Shown piece by piece: positions 14,989-26,186 of a stretch of 64,000 bases of DNA; positions within the stretch are counted from its first letter, which is position 1; each line of letters starts with the position of its first letter. The DNA comes from the human T2T-CHM13v2.0 reference genome, Homo sapiens, in NCBI GenBank assembly GCA_009914755.4, contig CP086569.2, forward strand, positions 4,224,001-4,288,000. The letters are read 5' to 3'. The position numbers and the translations under genes were made by a program. A model generated the notes under the pieces. The model worked only from the letters and a program-made list of their open reading frames with translations, did not search any database and had not been told where the DNA came from.

Positions 14989-17900
14989 ACATCTCCCTGA
15001 GACAGAGCATCTGGAGGAAGTGGTGGCTGTGGGTGCAGCTTCAGCAGACTTAAACTTTCCTGCCTGCTGGCTCCGAGGAGAGCAGCAGATCTCCCAGCAC
15101 AGTAAGTGAGCTCTGTTAAGGGACAGACTGCCTCCTACAGTGGGTCCCTGACCGCCATGCCTCCTGACTGGGAGACACCACCCAGCAGGGGTCAACAGAC
15201 ACCTCATACAAGAGAGTGCTAGCTGGCATCTGGCAGGTGGCCCTCTGGGATGAAGCTTCCAGAGGAAGGAAGAGGCAGCAATCTTTGCTGTTCTGCAGCT
15301 GCCACTGGTGATACCCAGGCAAACAGGGTCTGGAGTGGAACTCCAGCAAACTCCAGCAGACCTGCAGCAGAGAGGCCTAACTATTAGAAGGAAAACTAAC
15401 AAACAGAAAAGAATAGCATCAACATCAACAAAAAGGGCATCCACACAAAAACCCCATTTGAAAGTTACCAACATCAAAAACCAAAGGTAGATAAATCCAC
15501 AAAGATGAGGAAAAACCAGCACAAAAAGGCTGAAAATTCAAAAAAACAGAATGTCTCTTCTTCTTCAAAGAATCACAATTGCTTGCCAGCAAGGGAACAA
15601 AACTGGACAAAGAATGAGTCTGATGAATTGACAAAAGTAGGCTTCAGGAGGTGGGTAATAACAAACTCCTGCAAGCTAAAGGAGCATGTTCTAACCCAAT
15701 GCAAGGAAGCTAAGAACCTGGAAAAAAATGAGGGGAACTGCTAACTAGAATAACCAGTTTGATGAAGCTGAAAAACACAGTATGAGAACTTCGTGAAGCA
15801 TACACAAGTATCAATAGCCAAATCGATCAAGTGGAAGAAAGGATATCAGAAATTAAAGATCAACTTAATGAAATATAGCCTGAAGACAAGATTAGAGAAA
15901 AAAAAATGAAAAGGAATGAAAATAGCTTCCGAGAAATATGGGACTATGTGCAAAGACCAAACCTATGTTTGATTGGTGTACCTGAAAGTGACAGGGAGAA
16001 TGGAAGCAAGTTGGAAAACACTCTTCAGGATATTATCCAGGAGAACTTCCCCAACCTACCAAGACAGGCCAACATTCAAATTCAGGAAATACAGAGAACA
16101 CCACAAAGGTAATCCTCGAGAAGAGCAACAGAAAGACATATAATCATCAGATTTACCAAGGTTGAAATGAAGGAAAAAATGTTATGGGAAGCCAGAAGGA
16201 AGGTCAGGTTACCCACAAAGGGAAGATCATCAGACTAACAGCAGGTCTCTCTGCAGAAACCCTACAAGACAGAAGAGAGTGAGGGCCAATATTCAACATT
16301 CTTAAAGAAAGAATTTTCAACCCAGAATCTCATATCCAGCCAAACTAAGCTTCATAAATGAAGGAGAAATAAAATCCTTTTCAGACAAGTGAATGCTGAG
16401 AGATTTTGTCACCACCAGGCCTGCCTTACAAGAGCTCCTGAAGGAAGAACTAAATATAGACAGAAAAAAACTGGTACTAGCCACTGCAAAAACACACCAA
16501 ATTGTAAAGACCATTGACAGTATGAAGAAACAATCTCAACTAATGGGCAAAATAACGAGCTAGCATCATAATGACAGGGTCAAATGCACACATAACGATA
16601 TTAACTTTAAATGTAAACAGGCTAACTGCCCCAATTAAAAGACACAGACTGGCAAATTGGATAGCGTCAAGACCCATTGGTGTGTTGTATTCGGGAGACC
16701 CATCTCACATGCAAAGGCACACATAGGCTCAAAATAAAGGGATAGAAGAATACTTACCATGCAAATGGAAAGGAAAAAAAAAAAAAAAGGAGGGATTGCA
16801 ATTCTAGTCTCTGATAAAACAGGCTTCCAACCAACAGAGATCAAAAACGACAAAGAAGGGCATTACATAATGGTAAAGGGATCAATGCAACAAGAAGAGC
16901 TAAATATCCTAAATATATATGCACTCAATACAGGAGCCCCCAGATTCATAAAGCAAGTTCTTAGAGACCTACAAAGAGACTTAGACTCCCTAACAATAAT
17001 AGTGGGAGACTGTAACACTCCACTATCAATATTAGACAGATCAAGGAGCCGGAAAATTAACAAGGATATTCAGGACTTGAACTCAGCTCTGGACCAAGTG
17101 GACCTAATAGACATCTACAGAACTCTTTACCCCAAATCAACAGAATATACATTCTTCTCAGCACCCGACCGCACTTATTATAAAATTGACCACATAATTG
17201 GAAGTAAAACACTCCTTAGCAAATGCAAAAGAATGGAAATCATAACAGTCTCTCAGACCACAGTTTAATCAAATTAGAACTCAGGATTAAGAAACTCACT
17301 CAAAACTGCACAACTACATGGAAACTGAATAATCTGCTCCTGAATTACTACTGGGTACATTAGGAAATTAAGGCAGAAATAAATAATTTCTTTGAAAACA
17401 ATGAGAACGGAGACACAACATATCAGAATATCTGTGACACTGGTAATGCAGTGTTTACAAGGAAATTTATAGCACTAATTGCCCACAGGAGAAAGCGGGA
17501 AAGATCTAAAATCAACACCATAACATCACAATGAACAGAAGTGGAGAAGCAAGAGCAAACAAATTCAAAAGCTAGCAGAAGACAAGAAATAACTAAGATG
17601 AGAGCAGAGCTGAAGGAGATAGAGTCATGACAAATTCTTCAAAAAATTAATGAATCCAGGTTTTTGAAAAGATTAACAAAATAGATAGACCATTAGAAAG
17701 ACTAATAAAGAAGAAAAGAGAGAAGAATCAAATTAATACATTAAAAAATGATAAACGGGATATCACCACTGATCCCACAGAAATACCAACTACCATCAGA
17801 GAACACTATAAACACCTCTCTGCAAATAAACTAGAAAATCTAGGAGAAATGGATGAATTCCTGGACACATACACCCTCCCAAGACTAAACCAGGAAGAAG

Positions 17901-19856
17901 TCAAATCACTGAATAGACCAATAACAAGTTCTGAAAGTGAGACAGTAATTAATAGCCTACCAACGAAGAAAAGCCCAGGACCAGGCAGATTCACAGACGA
18001 ATTCTACCAGACGTATAAAGAGGAGCTGGAACATTACTTCTGAAACTATTCCAAAAAGTAGGAAAAAGGGATTCCTCCCTAACTCATTTTATGAGGCCAG
18101 CATCATCCTGATACCAAAACCTGGTAAAGACACAACAACAACAACAAAAATTTCAGGCCAATATCCCTGATGTATTTTGATGCGAAGATCCTCAATAAAA
18201 TACTGGCAAACCAAATCCAGCAGCACATCAAAAAGCTTATCCATCCACAATCAAGCCTACTTCATCCCTGGGTTGCCAGGCTGGTTCAACATACACAGAT
18301 CAATAAACGTAATCCATCATATAAACAGAACCAATGACAAAAACCACATGATTATCTCAATAGATGCAGAAAATGCCTTTGACAAAATTCAACATTCCTT
18401 AATGCTAAAAACTCTCAATAAACTAGGTATTGATGGAAAGTATCTCAAAATAATAAGAGCTATTTATGACAAACCCACAGCCAATATTATACTGAATGGG
18501 CAAAAATTGGAAGCATTTCCTTTGAAAACCGGCAAAAGACAAGGATGCCCTCTCTCACCACTACTATTCAACATAGTATTGGAAGTTCTGGCCAGGGTAA
18601 TCAGGCAAAAGAAAGAAATAAAGGCATTCAAATAGGAAGAGAGGAAGTCAAATTGTCTCTGTTTGCAGATGACATGATAGTATATTTAGAAAAACCCCAT
18701 CATCTCAACCCAAAATCTCTTTAAGCTGATAAGCAACTTCAGCAAAGTCTCAGGATACAAAATCAATGTGCAAATATCACAAACATTCCTATACACCAAT
18801 AGTAGGCAACCAGAGAGCCAAATCATGAGTGAACTACTATTCACAATTGCTACAAAGAGAATAAAATATCTAGGAATACAACTTCCAAAGGATGTGAAGG
18901 AACTCTTCAAGGAGAACTACAAACTGCTGCTCAGGGAAATAAGAGAGGACACAAACAAATGGAAAAACATTCCATGCTCATGGATAGGAAGAATCAATAT
19001 CGTGAAAATGGCCATACTGCCCAAAGTAATTTATAAATTCTTTGCTATCCCCATCAAGATACCATTGGCTTTCTTCATAGAATTAGATAAAAACTACTTT
19101 AAATTTCATATGGAAGCAAAAAAAGAGCCCATATAGCCAAGACAATCCTAAGCCAAAAGAACAAAACTGGAGGCATCACACTACCTGACTTCAAACTATA
19201 CTATAAGGCTACCATAACCAAAACAGCATGGTACTGCTACCAAAACAGATGTGTAGAGCAATGGAACAGAACAGAGTCCTCAGCAATAATGCCACACATC
19301 TACAACCATCTGACAAACCTGACAAAAACAAGCAATAGAGAAAGGATTCCCTATGTAATAAATGGTGTTAGGAAAACTGGCTAGCCATATACAGAAAACT
19401 AATACTGGACCCCTTCCTTACACCTTATACAAAAATTTACTCAAGATGGATTAAAGACTTAAATGTAAGACCTAAAACCATAAAAACCTTAGAAGAAAAC
19501 CTAGGCAATACCATTCAGGACATAGGCATGGGCAAAGACTTCATGACTAAAACACCAAAAGCAATGGTAACAAATGCCAAAATTGACAAACGGGATCTAA
19601 TTAAACTAAAGAGCTTCTGTGCAGCAAAAGAAACTGTCATCAGAGTGAACAGGCAACCTAGAGAATGTGAGAAAATTTTTGCAATCTCTCCATCTGACAA
19701 AGGACTAATACCCAGAATCTACAAGGAAGTTAAACAAATTTACAAGAAAAAAACAAACAACCCCATCAAAAGGTGGGCAAAGTATATGAACAGACATTTC
19801 TCAAAAGAAGACGTTTATGCAGCCAAGAAACATATGAAAAAAAGCTCATCATCACT

Positions 19857-19899
19857 GGTCATTAGAGAAATGCAAATCAAAACCACAATGAGATACCAT
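19857..19899 (+). repeat. 43-bp L1 ORF2 segment, copy A of a direct repeat flanking a 4.9-kb intervening block
   Basis: ggtcattagagaaatgcaaatcaaaaccacaatgagataccat. L1 homology ends exactly here. Confidence 0.8.
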
Positions 19900-20036
19900 G
19901 GAACTGCTAATCTTTATCAATGTTTCTAGCGTATAATCCAAAACTATCATTATTAATTTTGTTTCTCAAATTTTTTCAGATTTGGTCATTGGAGCTGCTC
20001 TTTCATGTTGGCTCCTGTGTCTTTTTAGCATGAGTC

Positions 20037-20113
20037 CTTTCTCCCTTCCTCCCTCCCTCCCTCCCTCCCTTCCTTTCTTCCTTCCTTCTTCCTTCCCTCT
20101 TTCTTTCCTTTCT
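20037..20113. repeat. (TCCC/CCTT)n polypyrimidine simple repeat
   Basis: tttctcccttcctccctccctccctccctcccttcctttcttccttccttcttccttccctctttctttcctttc. Confidence 0.8.
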
Positions 20114-20439
20114 AAGCCGCCTTTGTGTACTGAGCCAGAAAGAATATGTATGAGTGCATGTATGCTAACCCATACATAAATACATACATCTATAGTTATT
20201 TCTGTATTTATATATTCATGTCTATGTTAACTTAAACACTGATATTTCTCAGCTAGTTATACCCCACGGGGTTTATTCTTCCCTTCCTGGTTTATTGTAT
20301 CTAGTCAAAACACTGGTTGCCAAAGTTACTTAGGTTTGTTATTTTTCTCTTCAACCCCTTCAGTGAAGTTATGTTATACATTTATAATACAGTTGGGTTC
20401 ATTTTTCTTGTCTGCAATCCATCCTGGGATTTCCTGACA

Positions 20440-22640
20440 TCCTGCTTTTGTTTTTATTCTTTTCCAATTTCCATAAAGTTCATCTTTTGTATTGTACAGT
20501 TCTATGGGTTTTGAAAAATGCTTAGTCCTGTATCCACCACCGTAGTGCCATGCAAAACAGCTCCATCTTCCTAACATTTTCCTGCGTGGCCTGTTTGTAG
20601 TCAAGCAATCTTCCTTCTCACAATCCTTGGTAACTGCAGATCTGTTTATCATTCCTGTAGTTTTGCCTTTACCCAAATGCCTTTCAAATTGGATAATACA
20701 ACACTTACCAAAATGTATATCAGATTTAGCCATACTGTTGTGTGAATCAACCGTTCCTTTTTCATGCTGAGTATTATTACATTCTATGGATATACTACAG
20801 GTTGTTTATCCATTCACCTGTTGAAGCGTGTCTTGGTTCTTCCTTTTGTGATTATAAAAAAAGTGCTATAAATATGTGTTTGCATGCCTTTAGTAAATAG
20901 AAGTTTCCAATTCTTTTTGTTAAATATCTAAGAGTGGAATTACTGGATGATATGATAAATGTATATTTACATATGTAAAAAGTTGCTAAACCATTTTCAG
21001 AAGTGGCTGAACAATTTTGCATACCATCTAGCAACTAAAGTTGCTGTTAACATGCATAATTTCCAGAATTTTATCTTGTCAGGTGTGTGTATGTTTGTCT
21101 TGTTGCCATTCTAATCCTTGTGTAGTACCTTGTGGTTTTAATTTGCATTTCGCTAATAACTAATGATGTTGAGCATTTTTTCATATGCTTTCACATACCT
21201 ATTTTGGTGAAGTGTCTTTTTAGACTTTTAAAAAATTTATTAAATTTATTAAAATTTATTAATTTTGTCGCTTTTTTCCTTATTGTTGACTTTTTAGAGT
21301 TATTTATATATTGTGCATGTAAGATTTTATTGGATATGTTATTTGATTTGCAAATACTTTCTCTTAGTGTGTGTGTTACCTCTTCATTCTCCTTACAGTG
21401 TCTTTTACAGAGCAAAGTATTCTAATCTTGACAAAGCCTAATTTAACATTTTTAAAGTAGATCATGCTTTGCATTTTATCTTTAAATCTTATTGTTAAAC
21501 TAAAGATTTTGTATATTGCCTCATGTTTGCTTTTAAATGTTTTATAGTTTTGTTATACATTTTGGTAAATTACATATTTCAGTTAATTTTTGGATAATGT
21601 ATCAGGTATATGCTGTGGTTTATTATTTTGCATAGGGATTTACAACTGATACAGCAATATTTATTGAAAAAAATTCTTTATTAAATTATTGAATTTTTGT
21701 AAAAAGAAGCAATAAATGATATTCATATAAGCCTATTTCTCAACTGTCTATTCTATTCTGTTGATGTGTATGTTTATCTTTTTTCCAATACCACACTGTC
21801 TTAATTATTATAATTTTATAATAAGTCCTGAAATTGGATAGTGGGAGCCCTTTAGCTTTTTTCTTCTTTTTCTGAGTTGATTTAGCTATTGTAGTTCCTT
21901 TGTTTTGCCATATATATTTTAGAATCAGCTTCTGATATCTGAATAAAAGCTTGCTGAGATTATGATAGAAATATCGTTAAGTGCATATAGCAAATGAGAA
22001 AAAAGGACATCTTAACAATATTGCATCTTCTAATTCATGAACATGAAAAATATCTTTTTCATCTCTATTGATTTAGATATTTGACTTCTTTCACTAGTGT
22101 TTTGTAAGTTTCAGTGCAGACATTCTTCACATGTTATGTTAAATTTATACCCAAGTACTTAATTATATTTAGTACTACTGTAACTGATGTCATTTAAAAA
22201 CTTCAAATTCCAAGTATTAATTGCTGTAATATAATAATATGATTGATTTCTGTATATTTTCCTTGTATTACGAGACCTTGCTAAGTTCACTTATGAGATC
22301 TAAGAACTTTTTGTACATTTTGTATGTTGATGGACATGTCCTCTGAAAATAGAAGCAGTTTTGTTTCTTAGTATACACTCTGTATGTCAATTCTTCATTT
22401 TGTCTTATTTTGCAGGCGAAGATCCCCAATGTGATACTAATAGGCGTAGTGAAAGCAGATATTTGTCTTGACCCTGATGTTACAATAGCATTCATTCTTT
22501 CACCATTATGTATAGATGTTAGCTGTAGATACGTTAAATGTTATTTAATAGGCTGTTTCCTTCTCACTGCATTTAACTTTAAGTGAAAGATTATCTGTCT
22601 AAACTTTCATCTTCTGTCCAATTTAAGTGACAATAAAAGT
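20440..22640 (-). mobile_element. Ancient L1 (L1MC/L1M-like) 3' portion, reverse orientation, lying inside the block that interrupts the L1PA element
   Basis: Reverse complement of old-L1 3'UTR and ORF2 C-terminus. Examples: '...ggttgtttatccattcacctgttgaagcgtgtcttggttcttcc...' and 'ccttgtgtagtaccttgtggttttaatttgcatttcgctaataactaatgatgttgagcatttttt catatgc' (space not in sequence). '...ccaataccacactgtcttaattattataattttataataagtcctgaaattggatagtgggagccc...' also matches. Confidence 0.7.
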
Positions 22641-22719
22641 TCTAATCATATTTTAAATTTGGAAGTAGCTATTTCTAGTTATGTTATTAAAACTTTCCAT
22701 AAACCTGTTGCTCTGCATC

Positions 22720-22860
22720 CGAACCAGAATTTGATCTTGTCAGGTATCTGTGTGGTTTGTTTTGTTGCTACTCTTATACTTGTGTAGTGCATTGTGGTTT
22801 AATTTGTATTTCCCTAATAACCAATGGTGTCGAGCATTTTTATATGTTTCCATATATCTC
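22720..22860 (-). mobile_element. Second copy of an L1M segment (duplicate of ~21058-21190)
   Basis: 'atttgatcttgtcaggtatctgtgtggtttgttttgttgctactcttatacttgtgtagtgcattgtggtttaatttgtatttccctaataaccaatggtgtcgagcattttt' parallels 'attttatcttgtcaggtgtgtgtatgtttgtcttgttgccattctaatccttgtgtagtaccttgtggttttaatttgcatttcgctaataactaatgatgttgagcatttttt'. Confidence 0.6.
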
Positions 22861-24743
22861 TATTTATTAAGTAGAACAATATAATCTACTTAATAAAAAA
22901 AATCTGATAAAACTTTAAGTAAGAAAAACAACTCTTTATATGCAGTTCCTGTTTAGGAAGTTATAATTTAAGGGTAAGGCCTTAAATATACCATCCCCTA
23001 CAATTTATTCAGAACTTTTAGTTTGAGTACACATTGCTTCCTACACATTTTATTTATGTATTTATTTCTCTTTCCAATGTGTAGTTTTCTGTTTTTTAAA
23101 TATAACTGGTTAAAATTGTCAAGTATTGATATTTGATCAGAGAATCTAGAAGTAGAGATGAAAAAGACCTATTGAGTCTCATTCCACTGTGAAAATGCAT
23201 TGACCACCCAACTGTATTTCATCAATATAAAGCTATAGTTGGGTCTATTATTCCCTGCAGAAAGAATGCCAGAGGGGCTTTTCTTATTTGGAAAAATATT
23301 TTTTTCACACGTATTACTATTTCATCCTATCATGCTTTTGCATTTGGGAGGTAAATTGAAAAGAAAGATAAATTCTTTAGCAAATGTTTCTTCTCAGGAT
23401 AATTTCTTTAAATATCTTTTACCATAAAGAAGTCATTAAGACTATCACAGAAAGTTTCAACTTCTCTATTACATGAATTTATTATTACTTAGGGGTTTAG
23501 AAAAATCTCAAACAGAACAATCTCTGCAAGCAGAGATTAGTTTTGTGAGAAACTAATGAATAGTTATGCATGAAGCAATAAATGGAAGTAAGCGTAGGTC
23601 AGAGATGTTTGTGAGAGAAATGACATCTAGAATGAGCTGAAGTAGAAAGAACCTTTTAGTTATCTCAAGGTGAGTTGATCTTTATGAAATGTTTGCTATT
23701 TGAAGCTTTATTTGAAGATACCATTCTCCAATTCACAGGAAGGAATAACTTTAGGATTAGGCTGAGTAAGTGGCTGAGTTATAAGACCAAGTGTACCAAT
23801 GGCAAGTAAATTAATCTGCAGTTCTAGAATGTGGTCAGATCAATTTACAATATCTATGTACATAGATTGACAGACTACAGATGCATCCCCTGGTGGAAAC
23901 CTCTCACATGAATCCAGGCAAACAACAGGAAGCAGATACATGCATCGTGTAGTCAGTTTACCACAGGACTACTGACTAGAACTTGATCAAGACCATTTCT
24001 TTCTGCTTGCCTGTGACTTCATAATAGTCAACATAGCTTAATGAATTAGTTATAATACTTAAATACACAAAGTGGAATGGCAAGTTTAATTATTTTTTTA
24101 TTATCCATAGTATTTGAAAGCAGTCAAGATCCTTTATGTGTTACTACTCTATAAGTTAGCAATGACATTAATGAAATTTATATAGCCAATTAGGGAGATA
24201 TAGCCAGTTATATGAAAGCATATCCTCACTGTTCTGTATGTAACAAGGCTGTGATGTGAATAAAGATACTTTCACAATGCCTGAAATGCCTCCCAGCTCT
24301 CTTCTTTTTCATTCTTTATACCACAACCTTTACCCCAGTTAAAAACTCAATGTTAAATATGTATTATATGTATATATATTTATACATAATGTTCTCATTT
24401 GGTAAAAACATTATATATTCTTTTTTTTAACTAGCACAAAACCACCATGTATAATCTTGAAATCCTACTTGTTAAACCTATATTTAATTTTATAACTTTT
24501 TTTCTGTAGAAAAAAAGGCATTTTTTTGAAACATAAGACATATGATGGTAGACAGTAAATTGCTTTAGCCTAGAAAACAAAACTAAAATGGTAACTTTCT
24601 AAAGGAGTTTTTAGAACTGTATGAAATTTGGTTTCATACAGGAAACTTTCATTGAATCAAAAGATGAGAAATATCTTCCATGGGAGATATAATCAGTGTA
24701 CTGACAGCTTTGATATGTAGCAGCTAAATTATTAGTTCCTCAG

Positions 24744-25570
24744 ATGAACCAAATGTGTAAGCATTACTACCTTTGTAATACAATGGTAAAAGTTCAGTTT
24801 ATGGTCATTAGAGAAATGCAAATCAAAACTACACTTAGATACCATCTCACGCCAGTTAGAATGGCGATCATTAAAAAGTCAGGAAACAACAGATGCTGGA
24901 GAGGCTGCAGAGAAATAAGAGTGGTTTTACACTGTTGGTTAGAAAGTAAATTAGCTCAACAACTGTGCCAGACAATATGGCGATTCCTCAAGGATCTAGA
25001 ACCAGAAATACCTTTTGACCCAGCAATCCCATTACTGGGTATAATACCCAAAGGGATATAAATCATTCTATTATAAAGATACATGCACACATACATTTAT
25101 TGTAGCAATATTCACAATAGCAAAGACTTGGAACCAACCCAAATCACCATCAATGATAGACTGGATAAAAAAATGTGGTACATATACACCATGGAATACT
25201 ATGCAGCCATAAAAAGGAATGAGATCATGTCCTTTGCAGGCACATGGATGAAGCTGGAAGCCATCATCCTCAGCAAACTAACACAGGAACAGAAAAATAA
25301 ACCATAGGTTCTCACTCATAAGTGGGAGTTGAACAATGAGAACACATGGACACAGGGAAGGGAACAACACACACTGGGGCCTGTCGGAGGGGGGTGTGGC
25401 AGAGGGTAAAGCATCAAATCAAATAGCTCATGCATGTGGTGTTTAATACCTAGGTGATGGGTTGGTAGGTGCAGCAAACCACCATGGCACAGGTTTACCT
25501 ATGTAACAAACCTGCACATTCTGCACATGTACCCCAGAACCTAAAATAAAATAAATTTAAAAAAAAAGAA
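24744..25570 (+). mobile_element. L1PA-type LINE-1, 3' segment (ORF2 C-terminus, 3'UTR, poly(A)). Probably the continuation of the 13951-19899 element
   Basis: ORF 24744..25061 is '...[35 protein letters not shown]...'. 3'UTR is '...ggtgatgggttggtaggtgcagcaaaccaccatggcacaggtttacctatgtaacaaacctgcacattctgcacatgtaccccagaacctaaaataaaataaattt' plus A-rich tail. Followed by 'aaaaaatactgtt', matching the 5' flank at 13938. Confidence 0.85.
24803..24845 (+). repeat. 43-bp L1 ORF2 segment, copy B of the direct repeat
   Basis: ggtcattagagaaatgcaaatcaaaactacacttagataccat. Three mismatches against copy A. L1 homology continues downstream from here. Confidence 0.8.
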
Positions 25571-25583
25571 AAAAAATACTGTT
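25571..25583. repeat. Putative L1 target-site duplication, downstream copy (aaaaaatactgtt)
   Basis: Identical to 13938-13950. Confidence 0.6.
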
Positions 25584-26186
25584 ATGTTTTGGTGTTAATA
25601 TAATTCCTTTCATAGTAGATAATTAATTAAAAATTATAAGCCTGGGTGATTAGGTGAATTGTTCTTGATTCTGACCCTCTTCAGAAGTGATGGGGATTTT
25701 TTTGTCAGTTTTATTCTTGTTGACACTCTCATCTCAGGTCCACGCTGATTTATAAAATCAATCATTTCTTCATTTTAGGGCTAATATAAAAATACAAGGA
25801 AGTATTTCTCATATGTAATATACATATACCATATACAGTGTATATATACTCTGTATGTTATATATACTTTTAATGAATTTATCTGTTGAGTTATTCTAAT
25901 TTTAGAGAGAAAATTGATCACTAAATTAAAAAGTCTACAAAATAAATTATGGTTATAGTTGAGATATGCCCCATTGGATATCTTGAAGCTCCTCCCTAGC
26001 CCATTACTTTAGGTAGATAATAATTTATCTCCTTTCCCGTGATTTGGATGATTCTGGGGAAAAAAACAGTTGAGATACATTTTCTAAACTCAAATTGCAA
26101 ATTGTGAGAAATCTATTGTCTTAATAAATAACATTTGAAAAATAAAGGTTTTTTTTGTTATTAGTTAAATTGATTTAAGATGGTAC

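Larger units (their letters stand above)
13951..19899 (+). mobile_element. L1PA-type LINE-1, 5' segment: complete long 5'UTR, ORF1 and ORF2 up to ~codon 1100 (pseudo-ORFs)
   Basis: Starts 'gagggatggctggcagtatggccgaataggatcagctcc' (L1 5' terminus). ORF1 remnants at 15505..16112. ORF2 EN domain at 16759..17268 ('HYIMVKGSMQQEELNILNIYALNTGAPRFIKQVL'). RT domain at 18177..18635 ('[16 protein letters not shown]...'). ORF2 tail at 19528..19929, ending at '...[12 protein letters not shown]'. All are interrupted by stops and frameshifts. Confidence 0.9.

Noticed and set aside
13951-19929. ORFs of 150-170 aa inside the plus-strand L1 (16759..17268, 18177..18635, 19528..19929) as candidate host genes
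   Set aside because: They are fragments of L1 ORF2 (endonuclease, reverse transcriptase, C-terminal region) interrupted by stops and frameshifts. They are TE pseudo-ORFs, not host genes.
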